Source: an uncultured Muribaculaceae bacterium
GTDB lineage: Bacteria > Bacillota_I > Bacilli_A > RF39 > UBA660
DNA length: 64,000 bases
NCBI GenBank assembly: GCA_964370475.1
Contig: CAYJJI010000002.1
Span: 27,151-91,150 of the forward strand
Reading direction: 5' to 3'
In this document: positions 18,363 to 27,680 of the stretch, one piece after another
How the letters are laid out: every line of letters starts with the position of its first letter
Numbering within the stretch: position 1 is the first letter of the stretch
Program-made: the position numbers and the translations under genes
The notes under the pieces: generated by a model
The model's input: only the letters and a program-made list of their open reading frames with translations
What the model was told of the DNA's origin: nothing
The model's database searches: none

Positions 18363-18632
18363 TTAGTTATCCCCCTTTAAGTTTTCGTTATAATAATCCA
18401 CTAATTTTTGAATATCCTTAGAGAATATTGGCATGATTTCTTCTAATATATCTTTATTAGTTTCATCAGCTACTGTATCTTCAATAACATTGATTACTTT
18501 ATACTCCTCTGTTGGTTCTTCTTTGTCTAATTTGTTAATTAGTGCATATGTCATTTCTTTATGATTAATTACGTCTAAAACTACGTAGTCCTGATTATCA
18601 TATTCAATAACGTCTGATATTTCTAAATTCAT
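18363..18632 (-). CDS. Small DUF1292-like protein (89 aa)
   Basis: IEYDNQDYVVLDVINHKEMTYALINKLD...YKVINVIED.....ILEEIMPIF follows the same pattern as the 78-aa paralogue. Its stop lies 1 nt before the start of the 571-aa gene. Confidence 0.5.
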   Translation of the reverse strand: MNLEISDVIEYDNQDYVVLDVINHKEMTYALINKLDKEEPTEEYKVINVIEDTVADETNKDILEEIMPIFSKDIQKLVDYYNENLKGDN

Positions 18633-18666
18633 ATCTGATTCCTCCTATTGTAGTAATTATATCACA

Positions 18667-19431
18667 CTACTTTTTCTTTGTCATTACCTTGTTTTTTATA
18701 TTTACATCTTGTAATTCTTTATTTCTTTTTCTTATTAACTGATATAAAATAGTAGCTATTACAATACCTGTTACTTCTATTGTTAATAATGGATTAAAGA
18801 ATTTTAAAAATGGGTAAATATTTACTATATAAGCTGGTATTTCCGATGAATATATATAATTCATATCAAATATTATATTAAATGGCATCATACCGAATAT
18901 CAATATATTTACAAATATTGCTGACTTTATAATGTGTTTCAATTCTATTTTGTAGTTAAGTGCAAAATATGAGAAGAAACTAGCTACTATAAATACATGA
19001 TGAGAAATAAAATATTCATAAAATTTGAAATAATCCCAACTTGAAGGTAGTTCTGGCCACAACATCGCTGGTATCGGTCCTATAAAAGATAAAAAGAATG
19101 TATATTTAAGTAAGTTATCTTTTTTAGCGTATATTGCATATATAAATATATAATTTGATATGAAACATAAATGAAATGGTAAATGTATTTTATAGTCGAA
19201 TATACCATATGCGATATTGGTTACTAAGTAGAATACTTGACTTACTAACATTATTGTTGCCAATATCACTAATATTTTTCTTGATTTTTTTTCGTCTATT
19301 TTCGATATTTTATCCCTAAATATATATATTAATATCATCGGTATTACTGCTAGTAATATACTAAATATATGGTTGAATCCAAACATATTGTAGCTTGGTC
19401 CTGGATTATTATTAACAATGAATTCTTTCAT
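18667..19431 (-). CDS. Integral membrane protein, YwaF/TIGR02206-like
   Basis: 254 aa with about 7 TM segments. It has the F..H..S and LPFHLC motifs that I associate with the YwaF family. Confidence 0.55.
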   Translation of the reverse strand: MKEFIVNNNPGPSYNMFGFNHIFSILLAVIPMILIYIFRDKISKIDEKKSRKILVILATIMLVSQVFYLVTNIAYGIFDYKIHLPFHLCFISNYIFIYAIYAKKDNLLKYTFFLSFIGPIPAMLWPELPSSWDYFKFYEYFISHHVFIVASFFSYFALNYKIELKHIIKSAIFVNILIFGMMPFNIIFDMNYIYSSEIPAYIVNIYPFLKFFNPLLTIEVTGIVIATILYQLIRKRNKELQDVNIKNKVMTKKK

Positions 19432-20531
19432 TAAACATTAAACCTGAAGTGACAAATATCTCCATCTTTCATTATATATTCTTTTCCTTCTAATCTTAAT
19501 TTTCCTGCTTCTTTTACTGATTTTTCATCTTTTAGTTTTTCTAAATCTTCATAGCTCATTACTTCTGCTTTGATGAAACCTCTTTCGAAATCTGTATGTA
19601 TTATTCCTGCACAGCCTGGAGCTTTAGTATCTTTAATAAATGTCCACGCTCTTACTTCATCTACTCCTACTGTAAAAAACGTTTGTAGTCCTAGTAAATC
19701 GTATGTAGCTCTTATGAGTAAATCTAATCCACTATTATTAATATTTAGCTCTTGTAAAAATAATAATTTTTCTTCTTCACTTAATTCTGATAATTCACTT
19801 TCAATTTTTGCACTCATTAAAATTACTTTTGCTTCTTCTGTTTTTGCATATTCTTCTACTAGTTTTGTATACTCATTTCTTCCAATAACTGCATCTTCTT
19901 CATTAACGTTAGCTACATATATTATTGGTTTTTCTGTAATAAAATTAAAGTTTTTAATAATTAGTTTTTCTTCTTTATCTAACCCTAATGTTCTTATTGC
20001 TTTATTATTCATTAATGTATCTTTTATTTTTGTTAATATTTCTAATTCTAATAGAGCTTCACGATCTTTAGTTGTATGGGCTTTCTTTTCTATTTTACCT
20101 ATTCTATTTTCTACTATTTCTAAATCTGCAAAGATTAGTTCTAGATTAATTATTTCTATATCTCTGATTGGGTCTATATCACCTTCTACATGAGTTATAT
20201 CTTCATCTTGAAAACATCTTACTACTTCGACTATAGCATCAACTTCTCTAATATGTGATAAGAATTTATTACCTAAACCTTCTCCTTTAGAAGCTCCTTT
20301 TACTAAACCTGCTATGTCTGTGAATTCAAATGTTGTAGGTACTAGACTTTTTGGATTATACATATTATTTAAGTTGTCTAATCTTTTATCTGGTACTGTT
20401 ACTACTCCCACATTTGGTTCTATTGTAGCAAACGGATAGTTTGCTGCTAATATATTTTTCTTTGTTATTGCGTTGAATAATGTAGACTTTCCTACATTTG
20501 GTAATCCAACTATTCCTGCTTTTAATGCCAT
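19431..20531 (-). CDS. ychF: Ribosome-binding ATPase YchF
   Basis: G1 motif GLPNVGKST, 366 aa, C-terminal TGS-like ...GDICHFRFNV. Confidence 0.95.
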   Translation of the reverse strand: MALKAGIVGLPNVGKSTLFNAITKKNILAANYPFATIEPNVGVVTVPDKRLDNLNNMYNPKSLVPTTFEFTDIAGLVKGASKGEGLGNKFLSHIREVDAIVEVVRCFQDEDITHVEGDIDPIRDIEIINLELIFADLEIVENRIGKIEKKAHTTKDREALLELEILTKIKDTLMNNKAIRTLGLDKEEKLIIKNFNFITEKPIIYVANVNEEDAVIGRNEYTKLVEEYAKTEEAKVILMSAKIESELSELSEEEKLLFLQELNINNSGLDLLIRATYDLLGLQTFFTVGVDEVRAWTFIKDTKAPGCAGIIHTDFERGFIKAEVMSYEDLEKLKDEKSVKEAGKLRLEGKEYIMKDGDICHFRFNV

Positions 20532-20555
20532 TCATATCACCTTTCTTAATTATAT

Positions 20556-20582
20556 AAAAAAACAACTGAAATATCAATTGTT
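20556..20582 (-). terminator. Terminator after the AbgT-family gene
   Basis: - strand AACAATTG-ATATTT-CAGTTGTT followed by T5. Confidence 0.55.
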
Positions 20583-20588
20583 TTACGT

Positions 20589-22118
20589 CTATACTGTAGT
20601 TAATCCTTCTAAACCTAGCGGAATACCTGCAATATACCATACTATCGCCAATAACAATAGTCCTATACCTACTAAAATAGAGTACGGTACTTGATATTTA
20701 ATAGTTGTAAATAAACTTACCGGCTTGGTATTTTGGTTATATTTTTCAATATATGATAAATATATTACAAAATATGCTAGTAATGGTGTTAAACCTGTTG
20801 TTACAGATTCACTAAAACGCATTACTATTTGAGCAAATTCTGGACTCAGTCCCGAGTTCATGAACGCTTGAACTGCTCCTACAGATAATATTGCCCATTT
20901 TGTTGGTCCACTTGGAATAAAGATATGAGCTATTGCTCCTAAAATAAATACCATTATTATTAGTGGAATATTTGAAAATCCGGCATTAGTTATTATATTA
21001 GCGAAGTACGCTAATATAACTGTACCTATTTCTGTTGCTTTGAATACATTTATTAAAACTGATGCAAATAATATTAATATTAATGTTTTACCTGTTCCAT
21101 CTAATGAATGACTTAAATGGTCACAAAAATCGTTATTATTTTTTATTGATTTTGAGCCTATACCATATAAAAGACCTAGAATTATAAAGAATATTGTAAC
21201 GATAAATACAAATCCATTACTAAAAAATGATTCATAACTAAATAATTTATCAATGTATAATTCTTGGCTATAATCTAGTAAACTACCACTAAGCGGAAGT
21301 CCAGGAATAATACTATATATTATTATTAATAAGTATACTAGTCCTCCCATCGATGCTAGAACTAAGCCTCTGTAATCTTTTCTTGTTACTTTGTATTCTT
21401 TTTTCTCTTCTTTATATTCGTATTTAATTACTTTATCTGCTATTATTTTTTCTGTTACATAAGTAATTATGAATGCTGTTAGTGCAACAGCTATGACCAT
21501 TATAAATAGAAATAATGTTGTTGTTACATTAAAGTTTGAGACTATATTAGCACTTAGTACTGTGCTATTTAACATAGTACTATCTACTGCTGTAAATATT
21601 ATACTTAGTCCAGATCCAGCCGTTAATGCGGCATATGATGCTACAATACCTATAATAGGATTTCTTCTACCATGTAGGAACAATAAAGCGCTTAGAGGTA
21701 TTAAAATTATATAGCTTAAATCTCCTATAATACTACTTAGTATTCCTATTAACACTAACACAAATGTAATAGTATTTTTGTTTATATTTTTAGTCCATAA
21801 AGTGAATATAGTTTTTAGAAATCCACTTTTTTCCATTATACCTATACCTATTAAAATTATTATAAGCATACTTAATGGTGCAAACGTCGCAAAGTTGGAA
21901 ACTGTGCTAGTAAATATGTACTTTATCCCTGATAAACTGAATAAAGACTCAACTGTTACTAGTACAGTCTCGTATTCATTTGTATTAGGGTTGATTTTGT
22001 AGTATGTTGATTCAAATCCTATTAAACTTAGAAATCCACTTAATATTATTGTAATTAAAATGAGTATGGAAAAAGTCATTATTGGATTTAATACTAATTT
22101 GTTTTTTAGTTTGTCCAT
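20589..22118 (-). CDS. AbgT-family transporter (p-aminobenzoyl-glutamate/antimetabolite transporter family)
   Basis: 509 aa with more than 10 TM segments. The N-terminal pattern ...NPIMTFSILI...GIKYIFTS.V.NF..F.PL is typical of AbgT/MtrF. Confidence 0.8.
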   Translation of the reverse strand: MDKLKNKLVLNPIMTFSILILITIILSGFLSLIGFESTYYKINPNTNEYETVLVTVESLFSLSGIKYIFTSTVSNFATFAPLSMLIIILIGIGIMEKSGFLKTIFTLWTKNINKNTITFVLVLIGILSSIIGDLSYIILIPLSALLFLHGRRNPIIGIVASYAALTAGSGLSIIFTAVDSTMLNSTVLSANIVSNFNVTTTLFLFIMVIAVALTAFIITYVTEKIIADKVIKYEYKEEKKEYKVTRKDYRGLVLASMGGLVYLLIIIYSIIPGLPLSGSLLDYSQELYIDKLFSYESFFSNGFVFIVTIFFIILGLLYGIGSKSIKNNNDFCDHLSHSLDGTGKTLILILFASVLINVFKATEIGTVILAYFANIITNAGFSNIPLIIMVFILGAIAHIFIPSGPTKWAILSVGAVQAFMNSGLSPEFAQIVMRFSESVTTGLTPLLAYFVIYLSYIEKYNQNTKPVSLFTTIKYQVPYSILVGIGLLLLAIVWYIAGIPLGLEGLTTV

Positions 22119-22119
22119 T

Positions 22120-22305
22120 TTACTCTCCTATTACTTTTTTCATTTTTTTATCAAAATCTAATCTATCAATCATAATTTCTCTATTACAATTTAAACATTT
22201 GATTTTTACATCTACACCCACTCTTGTTATTATCCATTCGTTAGATTGACAAGCGTGTGGTTTTTTCATGATTACTTTATCATTAATTTTTATTGGTCTT
22301 ACCAC
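22120..22305 (-). CDS. DUF951-family small protein
   Basis: 61 aa with a KKPHACQSNEW...CLNCNR zinc-ribbon-like pattern. Conserved near spo0J/ychF in Firmicutes (yyzM-like). Confidence 0.65.
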   Translation of the reverse strand: MVRPIKINDKVIMKKPHACQSNEWIITRVGVDVKIKCLNCNREIMIDRLDFDKKMKKVIGE

Positions 22306-23116
22306 TATGAACCTCCAGTTGTGGGTACGGAATTTTTATATTTGATTTATCTAATTTCATTTTGATCAATTTTAAACATTCTCTTCTTATTCCCCATTGT
22401 TGTTCTTGATGACATGTTATTTTAATTCTATAATTTACCGAATTAACATCTAAGTCTTGAATACCTAAGTATTCTATCTTATTTTCTTTAATACCTTCAA
22501 TTGTTGGCATTTCACTTATTAATTCGTTAATAACTTTTTCTACTTTTTCTACTTTTTCTTCATATGCTATTGGGATATCTATGATTACATCAGCTGATTT
22601 TTGAGAAATATTTATTATCTCGATAATATTTCTATTAGCTATTATTAATACTTCTCCATTAACACTTTTAATTCTTGTTGATTTTAGTCCAAAAGATATT
22701 ACTTCTCCTGTGAAGTTATTTGTATTTGGATATCTTACTATATCTCCAACAACGAAATAGTTTTCTAATATAATTGTAATTCCTGAAATAATATCTTTTA
22801 GAGTATCTTGTAGTGCAAGCCCTAATACTACTCCAACAACTCCTAAACCTGCAATAATAGATATTGTATCAATACCAAACAATTCTAATATAATTATTAA
22901 AGCAATTATCATTATTGCATATTTAATTACGTTTTGTACTAAGTTAATTACAGTTTTTGATCTTTTTATTTGATATGGAGTTTTTCCATTAAATGCTATT
23001 TTATTTGTTATTTGAATAGCTAGTCTATAAACGATCAACGATAAGATTATAGTTATAGCTGTTCCATATATTTCTGGTTGTAGTATAAAGTCTATAATGT
23101 TTTCTATTAAGTTCAT
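22283..23116 (-). CDS. Small-conductance mechanosensitive channel (MscS family)
   Basis: 3 TM segments plus a beta-domain (GDIVRY..N.FTGEVISFGLKSTRI...GEVLIIANRNI). I prefer the ATG at 23116 with its GAGGA RBS over the GTG at 23128. Confidence 0.85.
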   Translation of the reverse strand: MNLIENIIDFILQPEIYGTAITIILSLIVYRLAIQITNKIAFNGKTPYQIKRSKTVINLVQNVIKYAIMIIALIIILELFGIDTISIIAGLGVVGVVLGLALQDTLKDIISGITIILENYFVVGDIVRYPNTNNFTGEVISFGLKSTRIKSVNGEVLIIANRNIIEIINISQKSADVIIDIPIAYEEKVEKVEKVINELISEMPTIEGIKENKIEYLGIQDLDVNSVNYRIKITCHQEQQWGIRRECLKLIKMKLDKSNIKIPYPQLEVHSGKTNKN

Positions 23117-23117
23117 T

Positions 23118-24002
23118 TTATTCCTCACCCAATTCTAAACCGATTATTTCTAGTATTCTCTCTAAATCTTTTTCATTATCATAAGCTATTTCTATTTTTT
23201 TAGGTTTTATTTTAACTTTTGATCCTACTTTTTCGCATAAGTGTTTTTCGTATATTGATGTTCTTATACTTGGTATAGTTTTTTTGATAGTGTTTACTCT
23301 AGGTATATAATCTTCTTTAGTAATTCTTTCTAAATCTCTAACACTAAGTTCTTGTTCTATAACTTTATTTGCAAGATTTAAAATTTGTGTTTGGTCTGCT
23401 AATTTACTTAATACTCTTGCATGCCCCATTGAAATTTTTTGATCGGAAACATATTGTTTTACTTCTTCTGGAAGTCTTAACAATCCCAATAAATTTGTGA
23501 TATGACTTCTACTTTTTCCGAATTTTTCAGATACTGCTTCTTGTGTTAGATTTTCAAATTTTATTATTTTTTCGTAAGCTTCTGCTTCTTCTATAGGATT
23601 TAAATTTTCTCTTTGAATATTTTCAATTAGAGCTATTTCCATCATTTCTATATCATTAAAATCTTTCACTATTGCAGGGATTGTTTCTAAACCTGCAATT
23701 TTTGCAGCTTTTGTTCTTCTTTCTCCCGCAACTATTTCATATCCTTTGATACTTTTTTTAACGATTATAGGTTGTACTATTCCATGTTCTTTGATAGATT
23801 CCGCTAATTCATGCAGTGATTTTTCATCAAAAGTTTTTCTCGGTTGATACGGATTGCTCCTAATGTCAATTAATGGTATTTCAGCCACTTCTTTATTTGT
23901 TGCAGATGTTACTATTTCTTTTTCAAAATTATCAAAATCTATTCTTTCGTTTGAAAATAGTTGTTCTAATCCTTTTCCTAAAGCTTTTCTTTTAGTTTCC
24001 AT
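23118..24002 (-). CDS. parB: Chromosome partitioning protein ParB/Spo0J
   Basis: N-terminal KALGKGLEQLF, then the ParB box with GERR (IVAGERRTKAAKIAG), then an HTH. The track start at 24011 is TTG, and ATG at 24002 is the alternative. Confidence 0.92.
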   Translation of the reverse strand: METKRKALGKGLEQLFSNERIDFDNFEKEIVTSATNKEVAEIPLIDIRSNPYQPRKTFDEKSLHELAESIKEHGIVQPIIVKKSIKGYEIVAGERRTKAAKIAGLETIPAIVKDFNDIEMMEIALIENIQRENLNPIEEAEAYEKIIKFENLTQEAVSEKFGKSRSHITNLLGLLRLPEEVKQYVSDQKISMGHARVLSKLADQTQILNLANKVIEQELSVRDLERITKEDYIPRVNTIKKTIPSIRTSIYEKHLCEKVGSKVKIKPKKIEIAYDNEKDLERILEIIGLELGEE

Positions 24003-24777
24003 TTCTCTCAATCACTTCCTTTGCTAAATTTTGATATGCAAGTGTTGCTCTACTTGTTGAGTCATAATCACTAATTGGTTTTCCATGACTTGGTGCTTCT
24101 ACTAACCTTACAAGTCTTGGTATTATAGTATCGAATACTTTGTTTCCAAAGTATTTTCTTACTTCTTCTATTACTTCTAGTCCTATGTTAGTTCTTGAAT
24201 CTAACATTGTTAATAATACTCCTTCTATTCTCAATTCTGAATTCATATTCGATTGGATTGTTATTATTGAATTTAATAACTGTGCTATTCCTTCTAGTGC
24301 GAAGAATTCACACTGAACTGGAATTATTACCGAATCACTTGCTACTAAGGCATTCATCGTTGTAATTCCTAAAGATGGCTGACAATCAATAATGATATAA
24401 TCATACTTTTCTTTTACTGTTTCTAAGACATTTTTTAATTGATCATTTTGTCTAAATGTTTGGTCTTCTAACATTTTTTTTACAAATTCTACATCTACTC
24501 CTGCTAAATTAATTGTTGATGGAATTATAGATAGATTTTTAAACTTAGTTTTAATAATTGTTTCTGCTGGAGTAGAGTTTAAAGTTATCATATTATAGAT
24601 ATCGTTTTTAAAATCTCCGTTATTATATCCTAATCCAGTTGTAGCATTACCTTGCGGATCTAGATCGATTAATAAAGTTTTTTTTCCTTCTTTCCCTAAC
24701 GCTGCTGCTAAATTTATACTAGAAGTTGTTTTTCCAACTCCTCCTTTTTGATTTACTAATGATATTATTTTCGTCAT
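23992..24777 (-). CDS. parA: Chromosome partitioning ATPase ParA/Soj
   Basis: Deviant Walker A KGGVGKTT. The ATG at 24777 lies 8 nt after AAGGTGG. The track start at 24789 is GTG. Confidence 0.93.
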   Translation of the reverse strand: MTKIISLVNQKGGVGKTTSSINLAAALGKEGKKTLLIDLDPQGNATTGLGYNNGDFKNDIYNMITLNSTPAETIIKTKFKNLSIIPSTINLAGVDVEFVKKMLEDQTFRQNDQLKNVLETVKEKYDYIIIDCQPSLGITTMNALVASDSVIIPVQCEFFALEGIAQLLNSIITIQSNMNSELRIEGVLLTMLDSRTNIGLEVIEEVRKYFGNKVFDTIIPRLVRLVEAPSHGKPISDYDSTSRATLAYQNLAKEVIERNGN

Positions 24778-24870
24778 TATGAGTACCACCTTTTCTGTTA
24801 ATGTCTATACTATATTTTATCACACATTTAAATAATTATAAAATATTTTTTGAATATATTTTTGCTATTT

Positions 24871-24892
24871 AAAAAAACATCGTTTTACGATG
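24871..24892 (-). terminator. Terminator after the second pilin-like gene
   Basis: - strand CATCGT-AAA-ACGATG followed by T7. Confidence 0.6.
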
Positions 24893-24895
24893 CTT

Positions 24896-26863
24896 TTATG
24901 AAAATTTTTGACTTCCGTTATTCCAACAAGTATTATATGAAGCTACTCCACATGCCCAGTGACTGCAATAGTTATATGAAGCTACTCCACATGCTGATGT
25001 GTGACAATAATTATCCGTATATCCAGTTCCATAACATGTCTTAGAAACAGTTCCATAATCACAACATTGACCACCTACCCAGTGTTTTCCATCTTCTCTA
25101 CACATTCCATGGTTATAAGTAAAGCAATTTGTATAACCTGATGTATTACATGAATAAGAGTATGTGTATGGCGTTTGGCCGCATGCTGGATTTTGACAAT
25201 AGTTATAAGAAGCAACGCCACAATAGCTAGAGTGGCAGTACTTATATGATTTAACACCACAAACAGAGTGTGAATTGTATTCTGCTGTTTTAATATTCAA
25301 ATTTTCGTTAGTATTACTCTGTGCGTTATTTGTACAATTCATTGAAGCAATATACGTTTTAATTTGTGATAAACTCATTTTTCCTGATAACGATTGAGCT
25401 GTTTCTTCCGTATCTGTTAGTCCACTTTGACTTGAAGTGGATAGTCCACTTTCTTTATCTTCACAAGATATAGTTATAGTTGATCCCACAGGGTATACAT
25501 TCGTCGTTATTTTATTTTGAGTTGAACTTATAACTATTTCTGGTGGAGTTTTATCTACTTTTGATATTTCTATTTTTTCATAATCACTAATATTTCCTAC
25601 TAAATCTTCAGCATATAAGTAATATGTTCCGTTATCTTTAGATATCTTTTCTGTTAAACTTTGTAATTCATTATAGTTATTTACTAGTTCAGCTCCACTA
25701 GTTGATTCTTTAGTATTAACATAAATATTTATTATACCTGAATCATTTGGAGAATTACCTGTATCAGATGCTGTAATATTTATATCTCTATCTTTATTTA
25801 CCCAACTTGTATTATCTGTAGTTGCTGCTATTGAAGGTTTGATTAAATCTACTTTTTCTACTTTTACTTGAGCTCCGTTTGAAACGTTACCTGCTTTATC
25901 TGTTGTAAATAAATAATATGTTCCATTATCTTCTTTTATTATTGCATTTCCGTTGTTGTCTATTTTATTACCTTCTCCTGAAGGTATTTTATTTTCAGTA
26001 TTTATATATACCGAATCTATTCCTGAACCTACTAAACCATCAGATGTATTGATTGATATTTCTCTTTTTTCGTTAATCCAAGTTGTATTGTCTACTTTAA
26101 TATCTAAAACCGGCGCTACATTATCTATCTTGATTTTTTTTCTTGCTGTTTTTAACCCTTCTGTGGTTTCTATAGTTATGTTTAAATCTATTATTGAGTT
26201 TATTTCTTCAATTATAAGCATATTTTTACAGTTTTCAATATTTGTAGGTACTTTATTTTCGAATTCACATTTATTAGATGTTTTAGTTTCGTTAATTCCA
26301 CTACCTATATATATAAATGATGAATTTTCTTTTATTTCGTATATAGTATCAGTAACTATTAATACATCTTTATTACTCCAACCAAATTCATTTGTGCTTG
26401 TGTTTATCTCTAATTCACTTAATGAATTATCATCATTTATTTTATACGCTTCTACTATTATATTAGGGTCATTTTGTTCTTCTATAACTGCTACACAATC
26501 AGTTAATTTTTCATCAGTATAAACCGCTGTAGGTATATTGTCTTCTAATGTTATATTAACTGTATTACATTTTATATCTTCTTCAGTATATGGATCAATT
26601 ACGGAATCATCAGAACCTTCATCTGCTGAGATATAACCGTTATTTATCAATTGATATACTGGTATAGAAATTGGTGACGATAAATTGTTTTCGTCTGCCC
26701 ATTTTTCAGCTGCAAGTTCTATTTGTTTTACTTTGTTAACACTAGCTTCTTTTTTACTCTTATCTGATATATTAATATAACTAGGAATTGCAATTGCCAT
26801 TATTATACCTAATATTACTATCGCAACTAATATTTCTACTATTGTAAATCCTTTATTTTTCAT
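24896..26863 (-). CDS. Large modular type IV pilin-like protein, paralogue 2, with a Cys/Tyr-rich repeat C-terminus
   Basis: N-terminus MKNKG|FTIVEILVAIVILGIIMAIAIP. Collinear with 755-2692 over about 450 aa, including three KxDxxxP...D.AGN modules. The last 122 aa contain 16 Cys. Confidence 0.75.
   Translation of the reverse strand: MKNKGFTIVEILVAIVILGIIMAIAIPSYINISDKSKKEASVNKVKQIELAAEKWADENNLSSPISIPVYQLINNGYISADEGSDDSVIDPYTEEDIKCNTVNITLEDNIPTAVYTDEKLTDCVAVIEEQNDPNIIVEAYKINDDNSLSELEINTSTNEFGWSNKDVLIVTDTIYEIKENSSFIYIGSGINETKTSNKCEFENKVPTNIENCKNMLIIEEINSIIDLNITIETTEGLKTARKKIKIDNVAPVLDIKVDNTTWINEKREISINTSDGLVGSGIDSVYINTENKIPSGEGNKIDNNGNAIIKEDNGTYYLFTTDKAGNVSNGAQVKVEKVDLIKPSIAATTDNTSWVNKDRDINITASDTGNSPNDSGIINIYVNTKESTSGAELVNNYNELQSLTEKISKDNGTYYLYAEDLVGNISDYEKIEISKVDKTPPEIVISSTQNKITTNVYPVGSTITISCEDKESGLSTSSQSGLTDTEETAQSLSGKMSLSQIKTYIASMNCTNNAQSNTNENLNIKTAEYNSHSVCGVKSYKYCHSSYCGVASYNYCQNPACGQTPYTYSYSCNTSGYTNCFTYNHGMCREDGKHWVGGQCCDYGTVSKTCYGTGYTDNYCHTSACGVASYNYCSHWACGVASYNTCWNNGSQKFS
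24899..25264. repeat. Degenerate in-frame direct repeats encoding [C-x4-C-x7-C] units (CGVASYNYC-type)
   Basis: The peptide units VCGVKSYKYC, YCGVASYNYC, ACGVASYNYC and ACGVASYNTC recur. At DNA level, tatatgaagctactccacatgc occurs twice, near 24934-24955 and 24974-24995. Confidence 0.8.
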
Positions 26864-26874
26864 ATTTCACCTAT

Positions 26875-27606
26875 TTATCCAATTTCAATTATGTTAGTGA
26901 TAGTTTTTATTTCATCGTATTTAATAAATTCTAATTCATCTTTTAAATTTAAAGTCCCATATATTGTGTTTTTTGTTGTTTTATTTGATGATGATAATAC
27001 ATTTTCTAATGAAAATGGTATTACATTTACTAGAGTACCTTCGTTATATAAAAGATGGTATCCCGCTACTATATTGAATGTATTTTCTTCTTCATTTGTA
27101 ATTGTTGTATATAAATCTATCGAAAAGTCGTCTTCGTCTTTTATATCTTCAACTAAAATTTCATATTTTATTTTTTCTGACATAACTGATGAATATTCTG
27201 CTGTAAAATCTACTTCTATTTCTCCTTTATAGTCATTAGTGTTTGGAAGATTAAAAGTTGTTACATACATATTGCCTTTTGTTATCGGGCTAACTATAGT
27301 AATATTTTCTTTTATAAGATTATTTTCTATATCATTAAATTTTATTTTTAGTTCTCCATTTATGATATCTTCGTTGTTATTTTCAATTATTATTACTAAT
27401 TGATCTCCACTATTAATAACATTTCCTGTAATTAATACATCACTATTGTCTGATGTTGTTGTTATATTTTCATTAGTATAATTCATTGATACTATTTTTT
27501 GGTTATCGCTATTAGTACAGTTAGTATTTCTTGTTACTAATAAATAAATTGTACTTCCTAATAACAAAACAGAAATTATGCTTAGTATTATTAACCATTT
27601 TTTCAT
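26875..27606 (-). CDS. Membrane-anchored/secreted protein of unknown function (243 aa), first gene of the pilin-like operon
   Basis: N-terminal MKKWLIILSIISVLLLGSTIYLLV, GGAGTGGG RBS, and an 11-nt gap to the downstream pilin-like gene. I recognise no family. Confidence 0.6.
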   Translation of the reverse strand: MKKWLIILSIISVLLLGSTIYLLVTRNTNCTNSDNQKIVSMNYTNENITTTSDNSDVLITGNVINSGDQLVIIIENNNEDIINGELKIKFNDIENNLIKENITIVSPITKGNMYVTTFNLPNTNDYKGEIEVDFTAEYSSVMSEKIKYEILVEDIKDEDDFSIDLYTTITNEEENTFNIVAGYHLLYNEGTLVNVIPFSLENVLSSSNKTTKNTIYGTLNLKDELEFIKYDEIKTITNIIEIG

Positions 27607-27652
27607 TTTTACCCACTCCTTATTTTATATATATTATAACACTTTTTTATAG

Positions 27653-27680
27653 AAAAAAAAGATATACTTTTGTATATCTT
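27653..27680 (-). terminator. Terminator after ftsH
   Basis: - strand AAGATATAC-AAAA-GTATATCTT followed by T8. Confidence 0.7.

Noticed and set aside
20386-20640. 84-aa - strand ORF spanning the ychF start and the abgT end.
   Set aside because: It overlaps two well-supported genes and the intergenic terminator. It is out of frame with both and has no RBS.
25075-25260. 61-aa alternative-frame ORF inside the Cys-rich segment.
   Set aside because: It is on the same strand but out of frame with a continuous 655-aa reading frame that carries the regular Cys repeat. It is a by-product of the repetitive DNA.
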